Below, piece by piece: positions 35,385 to 44,554 of a stretch of 64,000 nucleotides of DNA (positions are counted from its first letter, which is position 1; every line of letters begins with the position of its first letter). The position numbers and the translations under genes were made by a program. This stretch comes from Anaerolineaceae bacterium (GTDB taxonomy: Bacteria > Chloroflexota > Anaerolineae > Anaerolineales > Anaerolineaceae): assembly GCA_034430215.1 (NCBI GenBank), contig DAOUFE010000013.1, positions 5,702-69,701 on the forward strand. Direction: 5' to 3'. The notes below the pieces were generated by a model. The model was not told the DNA's origin and did no database searches. It saw only the letters and a list, made by a program, of their open reading frames with translations.

Positions 35385-37385
35385 TCACCCCTCGCCTTCG
35401 ATGCCGATTAAACAACGGGCATTGTTGATCTGATCTAATTCGCCAATGATGCCTATCCGATCCCCTGCTTCGAAGATGGTCATAGATTTAGGATTAGCTG
35501 TCAGTTCATTATTCCGCATTAAAGCCACCACTGAAGCGCCAGTATGTGCACGAATATTACTTTCAGCCAGGCTTTTTCCAATGATCGGACTGTCTTCTGG
35601 CAAGGATAACCAGGTAAGTTCTATCCCCCTTAATGCATGCAAAAGTTGATGAAGAGATTGGTGTTCTGCATTCGTGGTGATATTCGGTTCATAATTATCA
35701 TGGCGAACCGATTCAGCGTAATCATGTACTTCCTTTAAGGGAAATCCCAAACTGATCAGCGCATGGGAGATCAATTCCAAACCTTCTTCCAATTCAGCCT
35801 GTACCGTGTGCTGAGCACCTAATTTTGCCAGTACCCGTACTCCCTCCTGGCTTGAAGCCCGTGCAATGATGGACAGCCTGGGATTGAGATTCTTCGCAGT
35901 TGTGATGATCAGGCTGGATGCAGATTCGCTCTGTACTGTAATTACCAGGATACGCGCTTTTTCTAAAGATGCATGCATGAGAACTTCAGAATTTGCAGCA
36001 TCGCCAAACAAAGTGGGAATTTTTCGCTTGTTCAAAGCATCGATCTGTTCAGCATCTGCCTCGATCACCAGCATGGGGACTTCCAGAGATTCCAACACAT
36101 CCACCATCTGCTTCCCAACCCTGCCATATCCAATAATGACTGCGTGATTCATCAGCTTACTTTCATCAATCTCTGGCAACGGTTTTGAGGATTCCAGTTT
36201 TTTCCAAAAGCTGGGCATTCGCTGCAACAGCTTTTCCATCCTGGGTAAGAGCTTGAAAAGAAAAGGATTGATGGTGATGGAAATGAGCGATGCTGCCAGG
36301 ATAAGCGAGTATTGATCAGTGTTCAAGAGGTTAAGGGATACACCCGCCTGCCCAATGATGAATGAAAACTCACCAACCTGTGCCAAACCTACCGCGATCA
36401 CTAAAAATGTCCGTGCGGGACGTGGAAATAGCAACCCAAGGAGGAGAACAATCAGTGGTTTACCAACCAGAACGAGCAAGGACAGAGCAATCACATGGCT
36501 GACGTTTTGCCATAGAAAGGCGGGGTTGACCAGCATACCCACAGAGACAAAAAATAATACCGAAAACGCTTCACGGAATGAAAAGACATCCGCTCCCACC
36601 TGATAACTGAGGGGCGACTGGCTGATGATCGCGCCTGCCATAAAAGCGCCAAGCGCCAATGAAACCCCGAACAGTTCCGCTGCTCCCAATGCAGTACCTA
36701 AAGTGATGGCAAGGATTGCCAGGATGAACAATTCTCGCGAACGCGTACGGGCAATACGCTCCAGTGACCAGGGAAGCAGCCGTGTACCAAAAAAGAACAT
36801 GACTGCCACAAATGCAATCGCTTTCAAAAGGGTAATAATCAGGTTCTTCCAATCAAATCCACCTGCGTTGACCACCATAGAAGGCAAAAGCACAATGATC
36901 AAGACAGAAAGGATATCTTCCATGACCAGCCAACCCACTGCCGCCTGACCATGTGAACTGTTCAGCAGTGAATTATCCATCAACCCACGCAGGAGAACGA
37001 CGGTACTGGCAACTGAAACGGATAATCCCAGCACTATGCCGGCAGTCAGATTCCACCCCCAGAGCAGGCTCAACCCTGAACCCAGTAAAGTAGCAAGCAA
37101 GGTTTGAATCAACGCTCCTGGGATGGCAATATCTCGAACGTTCCCCAAATCTTTAAAAGAAAAATGAAGCCCTACACCAAACATCAAGAAGATAACACCC
37201 AGTTCTGCCAGTTGCTGGATGGTTTCAACATCTCCTTTAAAACCGGGTGTGAACGGACCAATAACGATACCAGCCAGCAAATAACCAACAATGGTTGGCA
37301 ATCCAATCCGGCGGGCAATGATCCCGCCAATGAATGCAACCACCAAAGCAATAGTAATGCTGATTAATAAAGGAACATCATGCAT
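35385..37385 (-). CDS. CPA2-family cation:proton antiporter with TrkA-N and TrkA-C domains (Kef/YbaL-like)
   Basis: Membrane domain of about 380 aa, then Rossmann VIIGYGRVGKQMV and a C-terminal RCK_C-like domain. Confidence 0.85.
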   Translation of the reverse strand: MHDVPLLISITIALVVAFIGGIIARRIGLPTIVGYLLAGIVIGPFTPGFKGDVETIQQLAELGVIFLMFGVGLHFSFKDLGNVRDIAIPGALIQTLLATLLGSGLSLLWGWNLTAGIVLGLSVSVASTVVLLRGLMDNSLLNSSHGQAAVGWLVMEDILSVLIIVLLPSMVVNAGGFDWKNLIITLLKAIAFVAVMFFFGTRLLPWSLERIARTRSRELFILAILAITLGTALGAAELFGVSLALGAFMAGAIISQSPLSYQVGADVFSFREAFSVLFFVSVGMLVNPAFLWQNVSHVIALSLLVLVGKPLIVLLLGLLFPRPARTFLVIAVGLAQVGEFSFIIGQAGVSLNLLNTDQYSLILAASLISITINPFLFKLLPRMEKLLQRMPSFWKKLESSKPLPEIDESKLMNHAVIIGYGRVGKQMVDVLESLEVPMLVIEADAEQIDALNKRKIPTLFGDAANSEVLMHASLEKARILVITVQSESASSLIITTAKNLNPRLSIIARASSQEGVRVLAKLGAQHTVQAELEEGLELISHALISLGFPLKEVHDYAESVRHDNYEPNITTNAEHQSLHQLLHALRGIELTWLSLPEDSPIIGKSLAESNIRAHTGASVVALMRNNELTANPKSMTIFEAGDRIGIIGELDQINNARCLIGIEGEG

Positions 37386-37656
37386 GAGGATTCTTCCAAA
37401 ATATTTGATTAATAAGAATTCACAGTGCTTTAAAGAAGCGATCGGTAATGATTATGAAGCAGAAATTTCAAATCGAGTGAACGAACCATGTTCTGATTAA
37501 CATGTCTCCGATGTCATATTTCAGTAGCCAATCCATTTTCCCCGATCTGAAAGGCAAGAGCCACTTTCTAGTATTTAAAATGTAGTTTAACAAAAAATAC
37601 ACCCTGCAACAAGGGTATATAGAAAAACTAAAGAAATACTCATAATCCAGGGATGA

Positions 37657-38190
37657 CTATGTGGCTTTTTTTACTTTTCGAAGGATCGCGGACTGCACCA
37701 ACACACCAAAGAGGAAAATTGCCCCTGCTGCGGTCATCGCTGCTGCACCTTCCAGGTTGATGACTTGTACGATGATCATAGCGCCACTGAGTGATGAGAG
37801 CAATGTCAGCGCCCACCCAAATATGCGGGCTACCAGCAAGATACCAAGCAATCCAAACGCTACGATCAAAACCCATGACCAACTTCCAAGATTTAGATCG
37901 AGCAATCGGATCGCACTCAATGCAATATAGCCTCCGGCTGCAAAACCTGCCACCGACAATGCGACTTTCTGGATCAGCAGTGTAAGTGCCGCACCAATCA
38001 CGCCAATTCCCAGTGCGATCAGCATTTGTGTGGTACCACTCATTCCATCAAATAATTTATTAACAAGCAGTAATCCACCGATGAATCCCAATAATCCCAC
38101 CACCAGCCAATAGAGCTTTCTTCCAAAAAGCACCAGGGCAGAGCCTGTAAAAAGTAACGGAATAGTAAACATACCTGTTGCGTTCCTCAT
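37657..38190 (-). CDS. integral membrane protein (5-6 TM), function unknown
   Basis: 177-aa, Gly/Ala/Leu-rich hydrophobic ORF. Confidence 0.5.
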   Translation of the reverse strand: MRNATGMFTIPLLFTGSALVLFGRKLYWLVVGLLGFIGGLLLVNKLFDGMSGTTQMLIALGIGVIGAALTLLIQKVALSVAGFAAGGYIALSAIRLLDLNLGSWSWVLIVAFGLLGILLVARIFGWALTLLSSLSGAMIIVQVINLEGAAAMTAAGAIFLFGVLVQSAILRKVKKAT

Positions 38191-38258
38191 ATGAAAGACT
38201 TTATGAAGCAGTCTTTCTCTGAAGAAACGTTACAAGAATTATGCCGATTTATTTCTCG

Positions 38259-39542
38259 TCAGGGATTTGAAGTAGAAGTTCCTGTTTCACTGGGTGTAGG
38301 GGTGACAGTTTCGGTTTTTGTGAGGGTTGGTGTGTGAGTAATGGTGATCGTTCGGGTGAGCGTGATGGTTCTGGTACGGGTTATTGTACGTGTGAAAGTA
38401 GCGGTTCTGGTAGGAGTATCGGTGGGCGTGGGTGTATCAGTGGGCGTTGGAGATGTGGTCATTTCATGCACCAGCGTGGTTTCAATGACAGAAGGGGCTT
38501 CAGGCTGAAGCACAAAATCCACTGCCTGTAGCATGAGCGCATGAATCTCTTCTACATGGGGCAGAAATACTTCGGTTATTGGTCGATCGGTGATCTGAAA
38601 CCTCTCCATTTCAACTTCTCCCAGGGTAAAGCTACCAATCCGGTGAGGCCCACCCAACTTCAGGGCGAATGGGATAAGGGCTGTCAGGTCTTCCAGGAAA
38701 AGGTCACTTTCCACCATCTCGTGAAATTCAGGCACCCATTCAGGCAAATTCACCAGATTTCCCCCGCTGATCAACCGAATAATGATATTCTTCATGACTT
38801 GTAACTGTCGCTCGTTGCGCGATATTTCATCCATTCCCTGGCGATAGCGAATGTAGCATAACACCTGACTTGGAGAGAGATGTTGCATGCCGGGATTCAG
38901 CTTTGGGCATGCACCTTTCATGGTCACCGGTACTTCCAGGGTAAGCCCATCCAATCGCTCAACCAGATTGGTGAAATCGTCGGTATGCACCAATACATAA
39001 TGCTCTGGGCGAATACCAAAAGTGTACTCTATGGATTGAGCAAGCAGATCAAATCCTCCCAGGCTGTATGCTATATTCAATCGCTGAATTGTGAAACCAG
39101 GAAGGTAGATAAATAAATCAGGAGGAAGGGTAATCAGACTGACTTTGGCTGTGATAGTAGAATAGATGACTAATACAATTGCATCTGTCCTGCCAGGGTA
39201 AGGTGCTTCTCGATCTGCGCCAAGGAGAACAAGAGTATGAACACCTTCTGGAAAACTGATCGATTCAGCAGGTGATGGCAGTGGGATGATGGGCGTTTCT
39301 GCGGGAGGGGGAAATTTTCCCCAGATCTCCGAAGTGGTAGTGGCTGTATCAACTTGGGGAGAGGATGTTGCCGAGGCGGTAACTTGCATTGGAGACGGGC
39401 TGAAAGCGGGTGCTTTATCGGAAGAAGGTGAACAACCCGAGATGAGAAGCGTGATAAAAGTGCCTATCACCACGAGAGAGCAAACAATCATAAAATAGTT
39501 CTTTTCCCGCAGCATCATTTCATTATACACATCTACAATCAT
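38259..39542 (-). CDS. LytR-CpsA-Psr (LCP) family protein with Thr-rich C-terminal tail
   Basis: LVLLGADREAPYPGRTDAIVLVIY LCP core and an N-terminal TM anchor. The ATG at 39542 is preferred, because the track start at 39668 would overlap the divergent gene. Confidence 0.75.
   Translation of the reverse strand: MIVDVYNEMMLREKNYFMIVCSLVVIGTFITLLISGCSPSSDKAPAFSPSPMQVTASATSSPQVDTATTTSEIWGKFPPPAETPIIPLPSPAESISFPEGVHTLVLLGADREAPYPGRTDAIVLVIYSTITAKVSLITLPPDLFIYLPGFTIQRLNIAYSLGGFDLLAQSIEYTFGIRPEHYVLVHTDDFTNLVERLDGLTLEVPVTMKGACPKLNPGMQHLSPSQVLCYIRYRQGMDEISRNERQLQVMKNIIIRLISGGNLVNLPEWVPEFHEMVESDLFLEDLTALIPFALKLGGPHRIGSFTLGEVEMERFQITDRPITEVFLPHVEEIHALMLQAVDFVLQPEAPSVIETTLVHEMTTSPTPTDTPTPTDTPTRTATFTRTITRTRTITLTRTITITHTPTLTKTETVTPTPSETGTSTSNP
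38262..38455 (-). repeat. coding low-complexity repeat (TPTPTDTPTPTDTPTRTATFTRTITRTRTITLTRTITITHTPTLTKTETVTPTP)
   Basis: Alternating Thr-X pattern over about 64 residues at the C-terminus of the LCP protein. Confidence 0.8.
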
Positions 39543-39661
39543 AGAAAAAGGTATCCTTCTACACCCAAGATAAGGATAAGGTAAGGATAATAGAAACCGT
39601 TTAAAATGATACAATTTCTTTAGTGAGTAAAAATTTATTCGAGGGAGGCCAACATCCCCAC

Positions 39662-40672
39662 ATGTCAAAAAAAATGACCATCGCTATACCTATGGCGGGT
39701 TATGGAACGCGTATGCGTCCTCATACCTGGAGTAAGCCAAAACCATTGGTGCCTATCGCAGGGAGAACGGTGCTTGATTATGTAATGGATCAGTTCAGCA
39801 GTCTGACCTCTGATTGGCAGGTGGAATATGTATTCATCATCAGCCCCAATGGTTGGGATATCCGCACACATATGGAAACCAACTACCCCAAGACAAAAGT
39901 CCATTATGTAGTGCAGGAAGAAATGCATGGCCAATCTCATGCCCTTTACCTGGCAAAAGAAAATCTAAAAGGGCCAATGTTGATGGCATTTTCGGACACG
40001 TTGATCGAGACAGACCTTACTTTTCTGAAAAATGAACCCTCTGATGGTGTTGCCTGGGTAAAGGAAGTACCTGACCCACGCCGGTTCGGTGCAGCAAAGG
40101 TCGATAAAAATGGTAAAGTAACCCGCCTGATCGAGAAACCACAAGACATCAAAGACAACCTGGTTGTAGTGGGGTTCTATTACTTCAAATCAGGTGAAGC
40201 TCTGATAAAAGCCATCGAAACACAAATGAAACAGAACGTTATGTTGAAGAATGAGTATTTTCTGGCAGATGCGATCAACATTCTGCTGGATGAAGGGCAA
40301 CAATTCCGCATTGAAAAAGTGGAAACATGGCTGGATGCCGGTATTCCTGATGCGGTGCTGGAGACAAACCGCTATTTACTGGAGCATAACCCTGCCCAAA
40401 CTGATATGCCAGATCACCCCTGGGCTTCGATCATTCCACCGGTATACATTCATCCCCAGGCTGAGATCAGTGCATCCGTGATTGGTCCCCACGTTTCCAT
40501 TGGTGCAGGATGCAAGATCCATGATGCGATCATCAGGGATAGTATTTTAGATGATGATTGTAGTGTTAAAAGCGTTGTAATGGAGCACAGTCTGGTTGGA
40601 AGGCATGTTAAATTGAAAGGGAAAGCCAGTAAGTGGAATCTTGGAGATAACACAGAGTGGGAGACGGAATAG
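39662..40672 (+). CDS. sugar-phosphate nucleotidyltransferase with C-terminal left-handed beta-helix
   Basis: IPMAGYGTRMRP (GxGTRxxP) signature. The C-terminal hexapeptide-like region includes IGPHVSIGAGCKIHDAIIRDSIL. Confidence 0.8.
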   Translation: MSKKMTIAIPMAGYGTRMRPHTWSKPKPLVPIAGRTVLDYVMDQFSSLTSDWQVEYVFIISPNGWDIRTHMETNYPKTKVHYVVQEEMHGQSHALYLAKENLKGPMLMAFSDTLIETDLTFLKNEPSDGVAWVKEVPDPRRFGAAKVDKNGKVTRLIEKPQDIKDNLVVVGFYYFKSGEALIKAIETQMKQNVMLKNEYFLADAINILLDEGQQFRIEKVETWLDAGIPDAVLETNRYLLEHNPAQTDMPDHPWASIIPPVYIHPQAEISASVIGPHVSIGAGCKIHDAIIRDSILDDDCSVKSVVMEHSLVGRHVKLKGKASKWNLGDNTEWETE

Positions 40673-40875
40673 TCGTTTCGGTGCGCTGCCATTCAGGGTA
40701 TACCTATGCCGAACGTCCATTGCAGGTTCTTCTCGAAGGGGAATGGCACAATATAACAAAAATACTGAATGAATGGCGTACGCCACAAGAAAGAGCATTT
40801 CATGTAATGTGCGATAACAATCAAGAATTCGTTCTAAAATTCAATGAAAAAACAGAGGAGTGGATCAAGGAATGA
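40657..40875 (+). CDS. small conserved-looking hypothetical protein (72 aa)
   Basis: The GTG start overlaps the upstream stop by 16 nt. Its TGA overlaps the ATG of the next gene (ATGA at 40872-40875). The composition looks protein-like. Confidence 0.5.
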   Translation: MGDGIVVSVRCHSGYTYAERPLQVLLEGEWHNITKILNEWRTPQERAFHVMCDNNQEFVLKFNEKTEEWIKE

Positions 40876-42032
40876 AGGAATCTTATCTCGCTGAACGTAT
40901 TATTCACTTAAAACCATCTGGAATTCGGAAATATTTTGATATTTCTGCCACAATTGAAGATGTGATCTCGCTGGGGATCGGTGAACCTGATTTCACTACA
41001 CCGCAGCCAATTCTTGATGAAGGTATACGCTCGTTACAGCGCGGAGAAACCCATTACACTGCCAATTCTGGCATCATCGAATTACGCCGTGCGCTGGTTG
41101 CCCACCTGGATCAAAAATACCATGTGACGTATGACCCCACCAATGAGGTTGTGATCACCGTAGGTGGCTCTGAAGCGCTCTTTCTTTCTTTATGTGCAAT
41201 CCTCAACCCGGGGGAAGAAGTCATCATCCCCACCCCTTGTTTTGTGTCATACCAGGCAGATGTTGAGCTGGCTGGTGGTAAAGTAATTGAAATTCCCAGT
41301 CGCATGGAAGATGGATTTGCCCTGGTTCCCGAGAATATCGAGAAAGCTATCACCCCAAAAACGAAAGCGATTTTTATCGGGTACCCCTGCAATCCTACGG
41401 GTGCAGTTGCCAGCCGTGAAACCTTGCTGGAGGTTGCCCGAATTGCAGAGAAGTATGATCTGATCGTTATATCGGATGAAATTTACGACCGTCTGGTTTA
41501 TGATCACATTCATGTTTGCTTCCCCAGCCTGCCTGGAATGAAAGAACGAACGATCTTATTGGGCGGTTTCTCTAAAGACTATGCCATGACAGGCTGGCGT
41601 GTAGGATATGCCTGTGCTCCGAGAGGTGTTATTGAAGGAATGTTGCGTATCCATCAGTATTTGATCATGTCTGCCCCCTCTACAGCGCAGGCTGGTGCTT
41701 TGCAGGCTCTGCGGGTTGGTGAAGAGTATGTTATGGAAATGGTCGAAGAATATGATCGCCGCCGGAAATTAATTGTCAATGGTTTCAACCAGTTGGGATT
41801 GCCCACCATTGAGCCAAAAGGGGCTTTTTATTGCTTTCCTAAAGTGGGCGTGACCGGATTGGATGATGAGACCTTCTGTACGCGATTGCTTCATGAGCAG
41901 CATGTGGCAATGATCCCAGGTCATAATTTTGGCGCTGGAGGTGAAGGCTTTGCCCGGGCTTCGTATGCAACGGCGTATGAAAAAATCGAAGAGGCTCTGG
42001 CGAGGATAGAGAAGTTCTTGAAAACACTATAG
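40872..42032 (+). CDS. class I/II PLP aminotransferase (aspartate aminotransferase-like)
   Basis: GEPDF, the NPTG context and FSKDYAMTGWRVGY (PLP lysine). GAGGAG RBS lies 11 nt upstream of the ATG at 40872. Confidence 0.85.
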   Translation: MKESYLAERIIHLKPSGIRKYFDISATIEDVISLGIGEPDFTTPQPILDEGIRSLQRGETHYTANSGIIELRRALVAHLDQKYHVTYDPTNEVVITVGGSEALFLSLCAILNPGEEVIIPTPCFVSYQADVELAGGKVIEIPSRMEDGFALVPENIEKAITPKTKAIFIGYPCNPTGAVASRETLLEVARIAEKYDLIVISDEIYDRLVYDHIHVCFPSLPGMKERTILLGGFSKDYAMTGWRVGYACAPRGVIEGMLRIHQYLIMSAPSTAQAGALQALRVGEEYVMEMVEEYDRRRKLIVNGFNQLGLPTIEPKGAFYCFPKVGVTGLDDETFCTRLLHEQHVAMIPGHNFGAGGEGFARASYATAYEKIEEALARIEKFLKTL

Positions 42033-42047
42033 GTTTTTAATGTATAA

Positions 42048-42087
42048 CCCACCGTTATTATTATGAAATAATGACGGTGGGTTTTCT
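42048..42087 (+). terminator. intrinsic terminator
   Basis: Stem cccaccgttatta / taatgacggtggg followed by ttttct. It begins 16 nt after the aminotransferase stop. Confidence 0.75.
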
Positions 42088-42242
42088 ATTGGGGGAATTC
42101 GTATGGTATGTTCTATCAGGTGGGCATTCCAAAGCAATAACCAATACGAAGAAAGCTTCATGATTTTCGTGACTTTTGTGTTTTTAGCGGTTAAATAATT
42201 ATTGAGTCCATCACCAATTCCAAAAATTGTGACAAATTTCTA

Positions 42243-42270
42243 TTGACAGAATCTCAAATCTGCGTAGAAT
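42243..42270 (+). promoter_or_regulatory. sigma70-type promoter of the pyrimidine operon
   Basis: TTGACA (42243-42248), a 16-nt spacer, then TAGAAT (42265-42270). Confidence 0.6.
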
Positions 42271-42362
42271 TGTTTCGATATGTGTGCGAGAATTGTGAGC
42301 AAAAAATTTATTCCACCTGCCCGAAGCAAAGAGTCTTCTGGCGTTACCAATGTTTTGTTAAC

Positions 42363-42391
42363 AGAGAGCCTTTTATAGGCTCTCTTTTTTT
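42363..42391 (+). terminator. leader (attenuator) terminator upstream of pyrC
   Basis: 8-bp stem agagagcc / ggctctct with a 7-nt loop, followed by a T6-7 run. It ends 16 nt before the pyrC ATG, inside the predicted leader of about 130 nt. Confidence 0.6.
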
Positions 42392-42407
42392 GCCTGTTTA
42401 CGGAAGG

Positions 42408-43490
42408 ATGATGAAAACTCTTACTCTCCCCGGACTGATAGACCCACACGTTCACATGCGCGAACCTGGCGGCACCCACAAAGAAGATTGGGATAGCGGT
42501 ACAGCTGCTGCCCTCGCTGGTGGTTTCACTACCATCCTTGCCATGCCCAATACAAATCCGCCTGTCACCGATACTGCAACTCTGACCTCAACTTTAACCA
42601 TCGCAAAAAGTAAAGCACGCTGCGATTTCGGACAATACCTGGGTGCAGGAGCGGATAACACCACCTCCGTTTCAGCCATTGCCTCGTACAGCGCAGGGTT
42701 GAAAATGTACCTTGACCAGACTTACGGACCTTTACGGCTGGATGATATGACCGATTGGATGGCACATCTTCAAGCCTGGCCAAAAAACATGCCCGTTTGC
42801 GCACACTGCGAAGGAAAAACCCTGGCAGCTGTGATCCTGCTGGCAGAACTCACACAGCATCCGGTACACCTCTGCCATGTTTCACGCCGTGAAGAGATCC
42901 TGCTCATCAAGGCTGCGAAGCAAAAAGGTATACCCATCACCTGCGAAGTCACACCACATCATCTTTTCTTAAGCGAAGAGGATATACCGGATATTGGCAA
43001 CGGGCGCAGTGAAGTGCGCCCCCGATTGGCTACCAGGCAGGATGTGCAGGCACTCTGGGATAATTTAGATGTGATCGATTGTTTTGCCACCGATCATGCC
43101 CCCCACACATTGGCTGAAAAAGATAGTGAAACACCCCCACCCGGGTTCCCCGGACTTGAAACCTGCATTCCCCTGTTGCTCAATGCAGCTTCTCAAAACC
43201 GTTTATCGATAGAAGATATCATTCTGCGTTGCTATACCAATCCACGCCGCATTTTCGATATACCCGAACAACCTGAAACCTGGGTAGAAATTGACCCACA
43301 ATCAAAATACACCATCCAGGCCAGCAAAATGTACACCCGCTGCAAATGGACGCCTTATGAAGGTATGCAGGTGCAGGGCAGGGTAAAACGAGTTGTCTTG
43401 CGCAATCAGGTAGTTTATGAAGTTGGAAAAGTGCTGGCTAATCCTGGCACCGGTTGGAATGTCCGCCCTCCAATTCTTAATTTCACATAA
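42408..43490 (+). CDS. pyrC: dihydroorotase
   Basis: [15 protein letters not shown] and the ATDHAPH metal-ligand motif. GGAAGG RBS precedes the ATG at 42408. The track ORF start at 42243 is the promoter TTG. Confidence 0.85.
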   Translation: MMKTLTLPGLIDPHVHMREPGGTHKEDWDSGTAAALAGGFTTILAMPNTNPPVTDTATLTSTLTIAKSKARCDFGQYLGAGADNTTSVSAIASYSAGLKMYLDQTYGPLRLDDMTDWMAHLQAWPKNMPVCAHCEGKTLAAVILLAELTQHPVHLCHVSRREEILLIKAAKQKGIPITCEVTPHHLFLSEEDIPDIGNGRSEVRPRLATRQDVQALWDNLDVIDCFATDHAPHTLAEKDSETPPPGFPGLETCIPLLLNAASQNRLSIEDIILRCYTNPRRIFDIPEQPETWVEIDPQSKYTIQASKMYTRCKWTPYEGMQVQGRVKRVVLRNQVVYEVGKVLANPGTGWNVRPPILNFT

Positions 43491-43524
43491 TCTTAGTTCA
43501 ATCAATTTATCAAGGAGATTTATA

Positions 43525-44517
43525 ATGTCACCTCATACCCCAAAAACTGTACGCAAAAGCCCATATTTACCATTTGGCGATCAAAAAACAGCACCGTTTT
43601 ACGGCATGGATATCTTATCGGTTAAACAGTTCAAACGCAGCGACCTGGAATATATATTTGGTGTCGCACATGAAATGGCTGGCATGGTTCGCCGCGTAGG
43701 AACCTTTGACCTGTTGAAAGGAAAAATCCTGGCCAACCTGTTTTATGAACCTTCCACCCGTACCTCATCATCTTTCACCGCTGCTATGGAACGGCTGGGT
43801 GGCAGCGTCATCCCGATCAATGAAGTACGTTACTCTTCAGTATCGAAAGGCGAATCACTTCCCGATACCATCCGTACGCTGGAAGCCTATACAGATGTGA
43901 TTGTGCTGCGTCATCCAGAAATAGGTTCAGCAGCCTTGGCTGCTAAATATGCCCGTAAACCCATCATCAACGCGGGTGACGGAGCTGGTGAACACCCAAC
44001 CCAGGCTCTGCTCGATCTTTTCACCATTTTGGAAGAAATGAACCGGGTGGATGGGTTGACGATCACCATGGTAGGCGATCTGAAATACGGGCGTACGGTA
44101 CACTCCCTTGCACGCTTGTTGACGCTCTTCGATGTAAAGATCAACTACGTTTCGCCAGAAATTTTGCCGATGCCAGAAGAGGTCGTAAAAGAAGTAGAAG
44201 CAAAAGGCACCCCTCAAGCACATTACACCACATTGGAAGAAGCCCTGCCAGAAAGTGATGTGGTCTACGTAACCCGTGTACAAAAAGAACGCTTCACGGA
44301 TGAAAAAGAATACGAAAAAGTGAAGGGCAGTTATATCATCAGTCCCGAGACATTGAAGATCGCCAAAGATGACATGATCGTGATGCACCCCTTGCCACGT
44401 GTGGGCGAGATCAGTATGGAACTCGATGACGATCCACGCGCAGCTTATTTCCGTCAGGTTGAATACGGTCTTTATGTCCGTATGGCTTTACTGGCGATCG
44501 TTTTAGGAAAAGCATAG
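43525..44517 (+). CDS. pyrB: aspartate carbamoyltransferase catalytic subunit
   Basis: [11 protein letters not shown] (STRT), HPTQALLD and HPLPR motifs. AAGGAG RBS lies 8 nt upstream of the ATG at 43525. Confidence 0.9.
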   Translation: MSPHTPKTVRKSPYLPFGDQKTAPFYGMDILSVKQFKRSDLEYIFGVAHEMAGMVRRVGTFDLLKGKILANLFYEPSTRTSSSFTAAMERLGGSVIPINEVRYSSVSKGESLPDTIRTLEAYTDVIVLRHPEIGSAALAAKYARKPIINAGDGAGEHPTQALLDLFTILEEMNRVDGLTITMVGDLKYGRTVHSLARLLTLFDVKINYVSPEILPMPEEVVKEVEAKGTPQAHYTTLEEALPESDVVYVTRVQKERFTDEKEYEKVKGSYIISPETLKIAKDDMIVMHPLPRVGEISMELDDDPRAAYFRQVEYGLYVRMALLAIVLGKA

Positions 44518-44554
44518 TCAAATCTGTAAATCTACTAATCTACAGGAGGTTTTC

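Noticed and set aside
42355-42372. A confident PyrR-binding site call in the pyr leader.
   Set aside because: Only CAGAGAG plus flanking partial matches to the remembered consensus are present. The motif lies in the terminator arm rather than in a separate anti-antiterminator, and no pyrR gene is in the window. I kept it only as a hypothesis.
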